Assembly (NCBI GenBank): GCA_964615205.1
Contig: CAZTQA010000001.1
Location: 510-64,509, forward strand
Direction: 5' to 3'
Length of the DNA stretch: 64,000 nt
DNA from: an uncultured Candidatus Saccharibacteria bacterium
Lineage (GTDB): Bacteria; Patescibacteriota; Minisyncoccia; Minisyncoccales; JAGMDC01
The position numbers and the translations under genes are program-made. Below the pieces are notes generated by a model. It saw nothing but the letters and a program-made list of their open reading frames with translations, was not told the DNA's origin and did not search any database. Shown one piece after another: positions 52,101 through 62,362 of this stretch (position 1 is the first letter of the stretch; every line of letters starts with the position of its first letter).

Positions 52101-52449
52101 GAAATTAGAAAAAGATTTTTCAGATTTAATTAAAGAAGAAGTCAATATAAAGAAAGTTGTTTTTGGCAGGGAGATAAAATTAGACACTAAAATTACTCTT
52201 ATTTTGAAAGAAGAAGGTATAGCCAGGGAGATTATGCGTCATATTCAGGAAATGAGGAAAAGAGCTGGTTACAAGCCACAAGACAAAATCATAATTAGAT
52301 TTAGCGGAGATGATTATTTAAAAAAGATTTTAAAAAGAAATAAAGAACTTAATTTAGTAGAAGGCGATAGGCCAAAACAAGTTTTTGATATTGAAAGAAC
52401 TTTTGATATTGATGGAAAAAAACTCTGGCTGGGTATCAGAAAAATATAA
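49120..52449 (+). CDS. ileS: Isoleucyl-tRNA synthetase (type 2) carrying an inserted histidine-phosphatase (PGAM-like) domain
   Basis: PPTANGKPGIHHLEAR, WTTTPWTLPGN, KMSKSKGN, Zn motifs CPRCGT / CWRCKT / CQKCG / CPEC. The insert at aa 476-659 has RHGET, SSDFFRTRQTA, REVNLG and IISHGG. Confidence 0.9.
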   Translation: MNINFPQLEDRIITFWKRNKIFDKSIERRKKSPYFVFYEGPPTANGKPGIHHLEARAFKDIICRYKTMQGFKVLRKAGWDTHGLPVELEVEKELGLKSKKDIEKFGVAEFNQKCKESVWKYKKNWEDLTQRIGYWLDTDNPYITYENDYIETVWWILRQIWNKKMLYQDYKVVPYCPRCGTSLSSHEVAQGYKKVKEPSIYIKFKIKDSRFKNTYLLVWTTTPWTLPGNTAVAINPDITYIKVKFNKEYLILAKQRIKECGIEGEIKEEFKGKKLIGLKYKPLYEDKAPYKIIKGDFVTTEEGTGLVHIAPAFGEDDMKVAKENNISVLITVDEQGKMKTSGYKWNKLFIKEADSLIINELANRNLLLKQELYEHDYPFCWRCKTPLIYYAKKSWFIKTTKIKKELIKNNQEINWIPNNLKQGRFGEWLKELKDWAVSRERYWGTPLPVWQCQKCGYEECIGSKKDLLEQEFTTNHYFVLRHGETECYKKGVLNYKDRGANCPLTQYGQEQIEKVAKKIKNKKIDLIFSSDFFRTRQTAEIISQKLRIKSQYDSRLREVNLGIFHGENIKKYWQNWQSRVEKFKERAPKGESYLEVKKRMADFIKETDRKYKNKNILIISHGGPIWMLEVLMKGLSNEQSLGYWTKRAIEVGELREIEFKKLSYNNDLNLDFHRPYLDQVEFLCPECHNLMKRVPEVIDCWFDSGAMPFAQYHYPFEKEKFKSQFPADYISEAIDQTRGWFYTLLAISTSLNLKSPYKNVISLGHVLDEKGEKMSKSKGNVVDPWDVVEKDSADAARWYFYTINQPGDAKLFAEKDVNTALKKFILTYYNIYVFFTTYADKKEKTKSKHVLDKWILSRLNNLILETTSKLDKYDVVSAARTIEDFVINDLSLWYVRRSRKRFQEAASTLEFVLLTLSRLTAPFVPFISEEIYKDISNKESVHLEDWPKANKKLINKKLEEEMKQVREIVTEGLSQRAKAGIKVRQPLGKLEITKKLEKDFSDLIKEEVNIKKVVFGREIKLDTKITLILKEEGIAREIMRHIQEMRKRAGYKPQDKIIIRFSGDDYLKKILKRNKELNLVEGDRPKQVFDIERTFDIDGKKLWLGIRKI

Positions 52450-52454
52450 TTAAA

Positions 52455-53147
52455 ATGTTTATTCATTATCGGACAAAAGGGATTTTCATTAAAAGACAAG
52501 AAAGGGAAGAAGCAGATATTCTTTTTACAGTTTACACTCAAAATTTCGGAAAGATAGATATTTTAGGCAAAAGCATAAGAAAGATAAATTCCAAACTACG
52601 CGCTGGCTCCAGAGAATTGTGTTTGTCAGAAATTGAATTTATTCAAGGCAAGACCCATAAAACATTAACAGATTCTCTTCTGATTGACAACTTTCCAGAA
52701 ATAAGGGAAGATTTAGATAAAACAGAGATTGCTTTTCAGATTTGTAATATTTTAGATCAGTTAGTGGCTGAAGAACAGAAAGATGATCAGATCTGGGAGT
52801 TATTGTTAGAGAGTTTTGAAAGATTAAATACTGAACACAAGCTTTGTTATTTTTTCTTTCTCTGGAATCTTTTAGCTATTCTTGGTTATCAGCCCGAACT
52901 TTATAAATGCGCTTTATGCGAGAAGAAATTAGATCCAAATGATCTTCATTTTAGTTCAGAGCAGGGAGGATTGGTCTGTTCTGTCTGTGCTGGAAAAGAT
53001 TCTATTTCTGTAAAAGCAGAAGTAATAAAAATCCTGCGTTTGATTTTAAACAAAAATTGGGATATTTTAACGAAATTAAAAACAGAAGAAAAAAATTGGC
53101 AGGAATTAGAAAAAGTTTCTCAAAAATATGTTTTTGAGTTAAAATAG
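52455..53147 (+). CDS. recO: DNA repair protein RecO
   Basis: N-terminal OB-fold-like region (GIFIKRQEREEADILFTVYT), Zn-finger CALCEKK...CSVC. Confidence 0.8.
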   Translation: MFIHYRTKGIFIKRQEREEADILFTVYTQNFGKIDILGKSIRKINSKLRAGSRELCLSEIEFIQGKTHKTLTDSLLIDNFPEIREDLDKTEIAFQICNILDQLVAEEQKDDQIWELLLESFERLNTEHKLCYFFFLWNLLAILGYQPELYKCALCEKKLDPNDLHFSSEQGGLVCSVCAGKDSISVKAEVIKILRLILNKNWDILTKLKTEEKNWQELEKVSQKYVFELK

Positions 53148-53151
53148 ATAT

Positions 53152-54834
53152 ATGAATAATAAATCAATTTTTATAATAATTTTATTATTTTTGGCTGTAG
53201 GGGCAGTAGGTTTTGGCTATTATCAATATTATGAAAAAAATATCTATTCTAAGGAGATTATAAAATTGGAGATATCGGGCCCGGACCAAGTGGAAGCCGG
53301 CCAGGAAGTAGAATATATTGTTAAATATAAAAATAATGGAGATATCAGAGTGGAAAAGCCAAAGTTGGTATTTGAATACCCAGAGCACTCTATTACTGAT
53401 GATGGTTATTTAAGAAATGAAATAGGTTCTCAGGAATTAGGAGAAGCCATTTATCCAGGTCAGGAAAAAATCTTATATTTCAAGACCCGCATCTTAGGGA
53501 AAGAAGGGGAGAGTAAAGAAGCTAAAGCTACTTTGACTTATCGGCCCAAGAATATAGAGTCTGATTATAAGTCGGAAACGTCATTCAATTCAGTTATCAG
53601 CCGGGTGCCTCTGACTTTTGATTTTGATTTTCCTTCCAGGATTCAGTCTGGAAAAGAAATAGAATTCAGCTTGAACTATTTTTCTTATATTGACTATCCC
53701 CTTTCTGATTTAGGAATTAAAATTGTTTATCCTTCTGGTTTTGAATTTAAAAAGGCCTCGCCCGCAGCTTTAGAAAGCACAGAATGGTCTATTAATCTTT
53801 TGGAAAAATCAGAAGGAGGAAGGATTGAAATCACAGGTAAATTGTCCGGTAATGTGGGGCAACAAAAAATTTTTGAAGCCCAGTTAGGAATATGGAAAGA
53901 AGGGGAATACATTGTTTTAAAAGAAATTTCCAAAGGAGTGGAAATAATTGAACCCTCTTTATATATCACCCAGCAGATAAACGGCAATCCTCAATATGTG
54001 GCTAATGCAGGAGATGTTCTCCATTATGAGATTTTCTTCAGGAATATTGGAGAAAAGGCCCTAACCAATCTTTCTTTAGTAACCAAACTGGAAGGCAAGC
54101 CCTTTGATTTGGAAACCATTAAAACTTTTGACGGTGATTTTGGACCTGGAGATAATTCCATTATTTTTGACTGGAAAAAAGTGAATAAACTGCAATTTTT
54201 AGATTCTCAAGAAGAAGGCAAGGTTGAGTTCTGGGTTAATTTAAAAGAGGATTGGAAAATAGATAATTTGGGAGATTCAAATTTGACTCTTAAGAACACC
54301 ATTTATTTAGGACAGCAGGCGAGAGAAGAATTCACTTACAAAGTTAACTCTAAATTAACTATAGACCAGAGAGCTTATTTCAACGAGACTTTTTTCGGCA
54401 ATTCCGGACCTCTGCCTCCGGAAGCAGGAAAGACAACTACTTATACTATTCTTTGGCAGGTTCAGAATTATTATAATCATATTGAAAATGTAAAAGTTAA
54501 AGCTGTTTTGCCCAAAGAAGTAAATTTAACCGGTAAGATTTTTCCTGAAGAGCAGAGTGAAAAGTTTTCTTTTGACTCCAATTCCAGAGAGATTGTTTGG
54601 AATATTGGCGAATTAGATCCTAATATTGATAACCAGAATTCAATCCTAGTTTTTCAAGTATCTTTTATGCCTACTAGCAGCCAAAAAGGAACTACGCCGG
54701 AAATTATCAGACAGGTTTCTATTTTTGCAGAAGATACCTGGACAGAAGAAATACTAAAATCAGAAGATGAAGCCATAAATACGGGCTTGCCTGACGATGA
54801 AGGTGTAAATGAACAACAAGGAATTGTTCAATAA
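53152..54834 (+). CDS. Membrane-anchored protein with repeated DUF11/CARDB-like beta-sandwich domains (hypothetical)
   Basis: N-terminal TM FIIILLFLAVGAVGFGY. Repeated pattern xGDxxxYxIxxxNxG (EAGQEVEYIVKYKNNGD, NAGDVLHYEIFFRNIGE). Confidence 0.5.
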   Translation: MNNKSIFIIILLFLAVGAVGFGYYQYYEKNIYSKEIIKLEISGPDQVEAGQEVEYIVKYKNNGDIRVEKPKLVFEYPEHSITDDGYLRNEIGSQELGEAIYPGQEKILYFKTRILGKEGESKEAKATLTYRPKNIESDYKSETSFNSVISRVPLTFDFDFPSRIQSGKEIEFSLNYFSYIDYPLSDLGIKIVYPSGFEFKKASPAALESTEWSINLLEKSEGGRIEITGKLSGNVGQQKIFEAQLGIWKEGEYIVLKEISKGVEIIEPSLYITQQINGNPQYVANAGDVLHYEIFFRNIGEKALTNLSLVTKLEGKPFDLETIKTFDGDFGPGDNSIIFDWKKVNKLQFLDSQEEGKVEFWVNLKEDWKIDNLGDSNLTLKNTIYLGQQAREEFTYKVNSKLTIDQRAYFNETFFGNSGPLPPEAGKTTTYTILWQVQNYYNHIENVKVKAVLPKEVNLTGKIFPEEQSEKFSFDSNSREIVWNIGELDPNIDNQNSILVFQVSFMPTSSQKGTTPEIIRQVSIFAEDTWTEEILKSEDEAINTGLPDDEGVNEQQGIVQ

Positions 54835-54837
54835 AAA

Positions 54838-56163
54838 ATGCAAAATTTGATGCAAAAAATTATATCTTTGTCTAAACGCAGGGGATTTATTTTCCCTTCT
54901 TCAGATATTTATGGCGGTTTTGGAAGCTGTTATGATTTTGGTCCCTTAGGCGTGGAGATGAAAAGAAATATTAAAAATCTCTGGTGGGACGCAATGCTTA
55001 AAAAACATGATGGTATTGTAGGTTTAGATGCCAGCATTTTAATGTCTCCCAAGGTTTGGCAGGCCTCTGGTCATTTAACAGCCGGCTTTGCTGATGAATT
55101 AGTTGAGTGCAAAAAATGCCATAAAAGATTTAAATTAGATGAGATTTCCGGTTCAAAAAAATGTCCTGAATGCGGAGGAGAATTGACCAAACCCAGGAGA
55201 TTCAATTTAATGATGAAAACTTTTGTAGGTTCAGTGGAAAATGAAGCAGCTACTACTTATTTAAGAGCTGAAACTTGCCAGGGAATATATGTTAATTTTT
55301 TGAACGTTCTCAATTCTATGAGAATGAAACTTCCTCTTGGTATTGCACAGATAGGCAAGGCCTTTAGAAACGAAATAACTCCAGGCAATTACGTTTTTAG
55401 AGTGCGTGAATTTGAACAAATGGAAATGCAGTGGTTCTGTAAACCTTCTGAAGATAATAAATGGTTTAATTTTTGGAAAAAAGAAAGATTAAATTGGTAT
55501 TTAAATTTAGGAATAAAGAAAAAAGATTTAAAATTAGTAGAAGTTCCGGAAAAAGACAGGGCCCATTATGCTAAAAGACAGGTTGATATTGAATATCAGT
55601 TTCCCTTTGGTTGGAAAGAAATTGAGGGAGTACATAATCGAGGCGATTGGGATTTATCTAATCATTCTAAACACAGTGGTCAGGATTTATCTTATTTTGA
55701 CGATCAATCCAACAAGAAATACATCCCCCATATTATTGAGACATCAGTGGGAGTGGAAAGAATTTTATTAATGTTTCTTTGTAACAGCTATAAAGAAATC
55801 AAGGGAGGAAGAACCATAACTACTCAATCAGCTAAAGAAATAGAATCAGTTTTGGAATTAGATAAGAGATTGGCTCCAATTAAAGTAATTGTTCTTCCCT
55901 TAGTCAGAAATAAGCCGGAATTAATTAAAAAAGCAGACAAAGTCTATAACCTACTAAAGACAGAGTTTGTTACTCAATATGACGAAGTAGGTTCCATTGG
56001 CAGGCGTTATCGCCGGGCTGACGAAATTGGAATACCCTTTGCTGTTACTATTGATTTTGACACCTTGAAAGATGATACTGTCACGATCCGTGACCGCGAC
56101 ACTATGAAGCAAAAAAGGGTCAAGACAAATCAGCTTGTGGATATTTTAAATAAAAATATTTGA
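54838..56163 (+). CDS. glyQS: Glycyl-tRNA synthetase (alpha2 class II type)
   Basis: RRGFIFPSSDIYGGFGSCYDFGPLG, FRNEITPGN..FRVREFEQMEMQ (motif 2), ETSVGVERI (motif 3). Confidence 0.9.
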   Translation: MQNLMQKIISLSKRRGFIFPSSDIYGGFGSCYDFGPLGVEMKRNIKNLWWDAMLKKHDGIVGLDASILMSPKVWQASGHLTAGFADELVECKKCHKRFKLDEISGSKKCPECGGELTKPRRFNLMMKTFVGSVENEAATTYLRAETCQGIYVNFLNVLNSMRMKLPLGIAQIGKAFRNEITPGNYVFRVREFEQMEMQWFCKPSEDNKWFNFWKKERLNWYLNLGIKKKDLKLVEVPEKDRAHYAKRQVDIEYQFPFGWKEIEGVHNRGDWDLSNHSKHSGQDLSYFDDQSNKKYIPHIIETSVGVERILLMFLCNSYKEIKGGRTITTQSAKEIESVLELDKRLAPIKVIVLPLVRNKPELIKKADKVYNLLKTEFVTQYDEVGSIGRRYRRADEIGIPFAVTIDFDTLKDDTVTIRDRDTMKQKRVKTNQLVDILNKNI

Positions 56164-56167
56164 TTTT

Positions 56168-57658
56168 ATGCAAGCATTATTACCTCAATACTCTTCTTTA
56201 TTAGTAACCCTTCAGCAAATCGCTTTAAGAAGCGATTGTTATTTAATTGCTCGTATCCAGGACAAAAAATCAAAATTTGTAAATGTTGTAGGTGATAAAA
56301 TTGAACAAGCCAGAAAAGATCATATCAAAGGGATAGGCATGAGAATTTTTACTAAAAATGGAAATAATGCTTTTGGTTCAATAGATGATATTAATAATGA
56401 AAAAGAAGTTATTGAATGTTTAAAACAGATTATTTATTCCGCGAAGCAGGCAGAAAAATTTAACTTTGATAAAAATAAAGAGATTTTTAAATTAAAGCCG
56501 AATAAAGACATTGTTATTCCCCAAACAAAATATTCTTTTGATGGCATTGAATTAAATGAAATTAAAAATAGATTAGTATATCTAAATAAAAAGGTTAAGG
56601 AAATAATCCCGGCAGTAGTTAACAGTTTCTTTAATATTGAAGAAGAAGTCTGGAGAATAACACGTTCTGATAAAACCGATGTCAGCTTTAAAATTCCTCG
56701 TAGTTTTTTTTATGCTAATCTAACTTATAAAAAGGACAGTCAAACAATTCAAAGATTGCTTCGTCTTTCAGGAAAAAGTTATGAAATATTATTGGAGGGA
56801 AAAAATATTGATCAGCTGATAGAAAAAGCAAAGGATTTAGCTTCTATTTTTCCCAAATTGATTGAAGCTCCCAAGTATAAATCCGGACATTATGATTTGC
56901 TGATAGACGCTGATTTAGCTGGCGTTCTGATTCATGAAGCTTTTGGTCATGCTGCTGAATCTGACTCTTCTCTTTACGGTTCGGTTTTAAGTAAAAAGGG
57001 GAAATTTTTAAAAGGAAAGAAAGTGGCTAGTTCAGTTGTTTCCATTTATGATTATGCCAAGGAAGATGAAAGAGGTTTTTACCCTTATGATTCTCAAGGA
57101 GTGAAAAGGAAGAAAATAAAGATAGTGGATAAGGGAATTTTAAAAGAAAGCATTTCTGATGTTTATACAGCTAAAATAACAGGGCAATCCTTAACCGGCG
57201 GTTCCAAGGCAGAATTTTATACTTCAATTCCAGTGCCTCGGATGAGCAATATTGTTTTAAAAATAGAAAAAATTATTGATGGTGCTTTCTTAAGAAAAGA
57301 TACTTCAGTGGAAAAATTTCATAAGCTTTTGATTGATAAAAAAATCCTTAAAGGCAGTAGAAAAATCATATATCTTCAAGGGAGCAGTGGCGGACAAGTG
57401 GATCCTACCAAAGGGGTCTTTATGCTGGGTACAAATGTTCTTTTTGAACTAACAAAGGATTCTATAAAATTGTGCAAACCAGCTTCTTTCAGCGGTTCAA
57501 TTTTAGAAGCTCTAAAGTCAATTAAATTCGGCATAGGTAAATATTCTAATTTTCCTGGCAGTTGCGGTAAAGCCAATCAGTGGGTTCCGGTTTCGAATAC
57601 AGCTAACCAATTTGTTTTTATTTCTAAAAATAAGGGAATTAAAATCGGGGGTAATTAA
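56168..57658 (+). CDS. tldD: TldD-family metalloprotease
   Basis: HEAFGHAAESD is the HExxxH motif typical of TldD. Paired with a PmbA-like gene. Confidence 0.8.
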   Translation: MQALLPQYSSLLVTLQQIALRSDCYLIARIQDKKSKFVNVVGDKIEQARKDHIKGIGMRIFTKNGNNAFGSIDDINNEKEVIECLKQIIYSAKQAEKFNFDKNKEIFKLKPNKDIVIPQTKYSFDGIELNEIKNRLVYLNKKVKEIIPAVVNSFFNIEEEVWRITRSDKTDVSFKIPRSFFYANLTYKKDSQTIQRLLRLSGKSYEILLEGKNIDQLIEKAKDLASIFPKLIEAPKYKSGHYDLLIDADLAGVLIHEAFGHAAESDSSLYGSVLSKKGKFLKGKKVASSVVSIYDYAKEDERGFYPYDSQGVKRKKIKIVDKGILKESISDVYTAKITGQSLTGGSKAEFYTSIPVPRMSNIVLKIEKIIDGAFLRKDTSVEKFHKLLIDKKILKGSRKIIYLQGSSGGQVDPTKGVFMLGTNVLFELTKDSIKLCKPASFSGSILEALKSIKFGIGKYSNFPGSCGKANQWVPVSNTANQFVFISKNKGIKIGGN

Positions 57659-57661
57659 TCT

Positions 57662-58978
57662 ATGATTTTTTTCAAAGAAATACACAATACATTTCAAATA
57701 GCTAGCCAGAAAAAAAGAATAATTAATTTTCGCGTTTTTTTGGTTCATAATAAAAATGTTAGTTTAGGGGTTACTAATAAATCTATCGCCGGTGTTTATA
57801 ATCCAATCAATATTTCCTCTGGGATTTCAGGAGATTGCTTAATTGAATGGCCGGATAATTTGATCAGTTCTGTTTCTTTAAGCAGGGAAGATATGAATAA
57901 TTTTAATAAGTTTTTGAATGATGCTAAAAAGATGCGCTATAAAGATGTGGATGAAGCTAATTTTCTTTCCAAACAGAAATATAAGGAAGTTAAACTCTAT
58001 GACGAAGAAGTGGCTGATATTGTTGATGGCAAAAATGATTATTTATTTAAATTAGTTCTTAAGTTAAACCAGTGGCAAGACAAGATTAAGACAAAGCAAA
58101 AAGAAATCAATGCTTATGCTTCTAAAACAGAAAGCGCGATTTTTACTTCGCAAGGATTGTTTGAATCCCAAAAATCAACTTCTTTGGGTTATTATTCTAT
58201 TTATGACAATCGTTTTGCTTTAGAAGATACTCTGATAAAAATTCCTGAAGAGAAAACACTTAATTTAAAAAAAGATACTATTGAGAAATTTTATCTCTAT
58301 TTTGAAAAAGTTCCCAAAATCAAACCTAAACCTGGAAAGTTGCCTATTTTGTTAATGCCTTGGATTTCCAGTGAAATGTTCTTTCAATTTATTATTAGTA
58401 ACTTAGCCGGTTCTTCTGTGTATAATAAAATAAGTCGCTTTAACTTAGATGATTTTGAGAAGCATAAGAAGATTCTAAGGGAAGATTTAAACCTTAGCTG
58501 TGATCCCACGATTGATTTTGATATTTCTTCGTATAAATTTACTCTTGAAGGCGTAGATAGCAAGAAAACTGATTTTATTAAAAACGGAAGATTAAATTCT
58601 CAAGTTCTTGATTTAAAATATGCTAAGAAACAAAACCAGGAGCCAACAGCTTTTTTCAGTGACTATAAGTCAGCTATATTGAGATCAAGCAAGGAATTTT
58701 CTTTTGATAAAGTTTTGAAATCACTAAAAGAGGGAATCCTTGTTTTTAATATCTTGGGTCTTCATACTCAAAGTTCAGTAACCGGGGATTATTCTCTGCC
58801 AGTGCCAGACGCTCTATACATAAAAAAGGGAAAGATTGTAGGCAAAGCAAGGGCTATCATCATAGGTAATATTTTTGAAGATATGAATAAAAACGATTTT
58901 AGATTAATTAGGTTTAAGACCGAAAAGTTTCCTGGTTTTTTGATTGAAACCAATACTGTTTTCGAAACTGTCAAATAA
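57662..58978 (+). CDS. pmbA: PmbA/TldE-like partner protein
   Basis: Same fold-family size. Lacks HExxxH. Lies immediately downstream of tldD. Confidence 0.55.
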   Translation: MIFFKEIHNTFQIASQKKRIINFRVFLVHNKNVSLGVTNKSIAGVYNPINISSGISGDCLIEWPDNLISSVSLSREDMNNFNKFLNDAKKMRYKDVDEANFLSKQKYKEVKLYDEEVADIVDGKNDYLFKLVLKLNQWQDKIKTKQKEINAYASKTESAIFTSQGLFESQKSTSLGYYSIYDNRFALEDTLIKIPEEKTLNLKKDTIEKFYLYFEKVPKIKPKPGKLPILLMPWISSEMFFQFIISNLAGSSVYNKISRFNLDDFEKHKKILREDLNLSCDPTIDFDISSYKFTLEGVDSKKTDFIKNGRLNSQVLDLKYAKKQNQEPTAFFSDYKSAILRSSKEFSFDKVLKSLKEGILVFNILGLHTQSSVTGDYSLPVPDALYIKKGKIVGKARAIIIGNIFEDMNKNDFRLIRFKTEKFPGFLIETNTVFETVK

Positions 58979-59028
58979 AAGTTGATTATATCTTTTTAAA
59001 ATGATATTCTAAAAATAGATAAACTTTT

Positions 59029-60075
59029 ATGACTAATGAGAAATTATTAGATATAACTTGGGGAACCATTCTCAAAATCGCAGTAGCAGGATTGATTCTT
59101 TATTTTCTTTTTTCTATCAGCCAATTTTTGGTTTGGTTTGCTTTTGCTTTTGTTATTTCTATTCTTTTTGAACCAGCCATTGAATGGCTTGGCCGACACA
59201 GAGTTCCCCGGCTTTTAGCAGTCACTTTTCTTTATCTGGTAGTTTTTGGAGCTATAAGTATTTCTATTTATTTAGCTCTCCCTTATTTCATTTCTGAAAT
59301 AAAATATTTTTCTGAATATTTCCCTCAAGCTTTTCCAGAATTTTTTACTAAAATTTCTCCATTTTTTGAAAAGATAGGTTTTGAATCCTTTACAGATTTA
59401 GAAACTTTTTTGGGGTATATGCAGGAAAAATTAGAAGCATTGGGCAGTAATGCGCTTAGTGCTATATTTGCTTTCTTTGGAGGAATTTTCAGTGCTATTT
59501 TCACCATTACTATTGCTGTCTTTCTTTCTCTGGAAAGAAAGAATGTGGAAGAAGGTTTAAGGCTTTTTTTCCCAAAAAAATACGAAAATTATCTTTTAAA
59601 TGCTTGGGAAAAGTCACAGAAAAGAATTACGGGCTGGTTTTTTATGAGAATCATCGGGGTTATCTTTGTGGGAGTCAGTTCCTACGTAGCTTTCTACTTT
59701 CTTAATGTAGAATACCCTATCTTTCTGGCTTTAATTGCAGGCATTTTTGATTTTGTTCCTTTTATTGGTCCCTTTTTCGGAGCCATTATTATTTTTGCTG
59801 TGATTTTTGTAACCAATCCTTATCAAGCCATCTTTGTTTTAGTGGCTTTTGGCTTTATTGAGTTTATTGAAAACAGTATTCTTTTACCTGCTCTTTCCAG
59901 AAAAGTAATCAAGGTTTCTCCCATTGTAGTTTTAACTGCTTTGTTTATCGGAGGAAAATTCTGGGGACCTATGGGAGCTATTTTGGGAGTTCCTTTAGGC
60001 GCTATAATGCTGGACTTCTTTAGAGATTTTCTACAAAAAAGAAAAGAGGAGGAAGAAATTGTTGAAGAAGAATAA
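59029..60075 (+). CDS. AI-2E family transporter (PerM-like permease)
   Basis: About 8 TM helices. DFVPFIGPFFGA and GILGVPLGA are motifs typical of the family. Confidence 0.8.
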   Translation: MTNEKLLDITWGTILKIAVAGLILYFLFSISQFLVWFAFAFVISILFEPAIEWLGRHRVPRLLAVTFLYLVVFGAISISIYLALPYFISEIKYFSEYFPQAFPEFFTKISPFFEKIGFESFTDLETFLGYMQEKLEALGSNALSAIFAFFGGIFSAIFTITIAVFLSLERKNVEEGLRLFFPKKYENYLLNAWEKSQKRITGWFFMRIIGVIFVGVSSYVAFYFLNVEYPIFLALIAGIFDFVPFIGPFFGAIIIFAVIFVTNPYQAIFVLVAFGFIEFIENSILLPALSRKVIKVSPIVVLTALFIGGKFWGPMGAILGVPLGAIMLDFFRDFLQKRKEEEEIVEEE

Positions 60076-60080
60076 TATTT

Positions 60081-61511
60081 ATGTTAAATGAGAAATTTTT
60101 CATTTCTACAGCTATTGATTATGTTAATGCCAAGCCGCATTTAGGCCATGCTTTAGAAAAAGTTCAGGCCGACGTTATTGCAAGACACAGCCGCCTTTTA
60201 AACAAGGAGGTTTTCTTTTTGAGCGGTAGCGATGAAAACAGCTTAAAAAATGTTCAGGCCGCCAAAAAAGAAAATATTCCTGTTCAAGAATTGGTTAATA
60301 AGAATTCTCAAAAATTCTATAAATTAAAAGAAGTTTTGAATCTTTCTTATGATGATTTCATAAGAACCACGGAAGAGCGGCATATTCAAGGGGTTCAAAA
60401 ATTTTGGCAGGTTTGTCAAAAAGATATTTATAAGAAAAAGTACAAGGGGCTTTACTGTGTCGGATGCGAGCAGTTCTATACTGTAAAGGAACTTGAAAAT
60501 GGGCTTTGTCCAGAACACAAGACCAAGCCGGAATTAATAGAAGAAGAAAATTATTTTTTTCGTCTTTCTAAATACGAAAATCAGATTAAAGAATTAATAC
60601 AAAAAGATAAATTAAAAATAATTCCTCAAGCCAGGAAAAACGAAGTTTTAAGTTTTGTTAATCAGGGCTTAGAAGATATTTGCGTTTCCCGTTCCAGCCA
60701 GAGAGCTGGAGGCTGGGGGATTGAAGTGCCAGGAGATCCTACCCAAATCATATGGGTTTGGATGGATGCTCTTTCTAATTACATTAATGCCTTAGGTTAT
60801 ACTAATGAATCAAAAAAGTATAAAGATTTTTGGTCTCAAAAAAATCAAATTCTTCATGTGATTGGAAAAGGAATTTTAAGATTCCATGCTGTTTATTGGT
60901 CAGCTTTTCTTTTGAGCGCAGGTTTAACTTTGCCTAAAACTATTTTTGTTCATGGATATATTACTTCTGACAGCCAAAAAATGTCCAAATCATTAGGCAA
61001 TGTTATTGACCCTTTTGAATTAGTTGAAAAATATGGAGTTGATCCAGTGAGATATTTTCTTTTAAGAGAAATTTCTCCATACCAAGACGGTGATTTTAGT
61101 TATCAGAAATTTGAAGAGCGCTACAATGCTGATTTGGCCAGCGGCTTAGGGAATTTTACTGCCCGTGTTGTCACACTCGCAGATAAAAATTTCAAATCCC
61201 AGATTACGAATCCTGGATTACAAAGAATGATAAGCCAGACGCAAAAAGAATATCATAAGTTGTTAGATGAATTTAAATTTAATGAAGCCTTGGAAAAAAT
61301 TTGGAAGTTAATCAGTTTCTGTGATAAATACATTGAAGAGAAAAAACCTTGGGAAAAATCAAAAGAACGAGGATTAGTTATTAATGATTTACTCTTTGCT
61401 TTGGAAAATATTGCTCAGATGCTTGAACCATTCCTACCAGAAACATCAGAGAAGATATTAAAACAGATAGAAACTCAAAAAAGCAAACCACTCTTCCCGC
61501 GGATATGTTAA
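60081..61511 (+). CDS. metG: Methionyl-tRNA synthetase (short form)
   Basis: YVNAKPHLGHALE (HIGH), Zn knuckle CVGCEQF...CPEH, KMSKSLGNVIDP. Confidence 0.9.
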   Translation: MLNEKFFISTAIDYVNAKPHLGHALEKVQADVIARHSRLLNKEVFFLSGSDENSLKNVQAAKKENIPVQELVNKNSQKFYKLKEVLNLSYDDFIRTTEERHIQGVQKFWQVCQKDIYKKKYKGLYCVGCEQFYTVKELENGLCPEHKTKPELIEEENYFFRLSKYENQIKELIQKDKLKIIPQARKNEVLSFVNQGLEDICVSRSSQRAGGWGIEVPGDPTQIIWVWMDALSNYINALGYTNESKKYKDFWSQKNQILHVIGKGILRFHAVYWSAFLLSAGLTLPKTIFVHGYITSDSQKMSKSLGNVIDPFELVEKYGVDPVRYFLLREISPYQDGDFSYQKFEERYNADLASGLGNFTARVVTLADKNFKSQITNPGLQRMISQTQKEYHKLLDEFKFNEALEKIWKLISFCDKYIEEKKPWEKSKERGLVINDLLFALENIAQMLEPFLPETSEKILKQIETQKSKPLFPRIC

Positions 61512-62317
61512 TAGACACTCATACTCATTTGAATTTTTCTGCTTTTGATTCCGATAGAGATAAAGTTATAAAAAAATGCTTAGACGAAAATGTTTGGATG
61601 ATAAACGTAGGCACTAATTATGAAACTTCTCTCAAGGCAGTGGAGATAGCGGAAAAATACAATCAAGGCGTATATGCGGCTGTTGGACTGCATCCTATTA
61701 ATTTAGAAACAGATTTAATAAAACAAAAAGAAGATAAAGATGAGGAAGGCAGGTTTGAAAAAGGGTTTGATTACGGAAAGTATAAGCAGTTAGCGCTAAG
61801 CTCTAAGAAAGTTGTTGCCATTGGCGAAATCGGGTTGGATTTTTGGCGTAGGCCCAAAACTACTAAAAAAAAGGAAGAATTTAAGCAGCAACAGAAAAAT
61901 TTGCTTTTGCAAGAGATAAAATTAGCTCAAGAATTGAATTTGCCTATAATCTTCCATTGCCGCTTAGGCTTCGACGATTTATTAGAAATGAAGGAGGTTC
62001 AACCTCCTTCGGTAATTCACTCATTTACCGGTACTTGGCAGCAGGCCAAGAGGTTTTTAGATATGGGATTCCATCTAGGATTTAACGGTATCATCTATAA
62101 ACTGGATTTAAAAGAGGCCATTCAGAAAACACCGTTGGATAGAATTTTAATAGAAACCGATTGTCCTTATTTAACACCACCCGGATTTTCTGAAGAAAGG
62201 AATAATCCTCTGGGAGTCAAATTGATCGCTCAAGAGATTGCTAAAATTAAAAACCATTCCTTAGAAAAAATAGCTGAAATAACTTTTCAAAACGCCAGAA
62301 AAGTTTTCCACATTTGA
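61505..62317 (+). CDS. TatD-family metal-dependent hydrolase/DNase
   Basis: LIDTHTHLNF, GEIGLD, HCR, ETDCPYL. Confidence 0.85.
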   Translation: MLIDTHTHLNFSAFDSDRDKVIKKCLDENVWMINVGTNYETSLKAVEIAEKYNQGVYAAVGLHPINLETDLIKQKEDKDEEGRFEKGFDYGKYKQLALSSKKVVAIGEIGLDFWRRPKTTKKKEEFKQQQKNLLLQEIKLAQELNLPIIFHCRLGFDDLLEMKEVQPPSVIHSFTGTWQQAKRFLDMGFHLGFNGIIYKLDLKEAIQKTPLDRILIETDCPYLTPPGFSEERNNPLGVKLIAQEIAKIKNHSLEKIAEITFQNARKVFHI

Positions 62318-62362
62318 AAAATTTTTGATATATCATACAATATCTCAAAAGGGGGTTTTAAA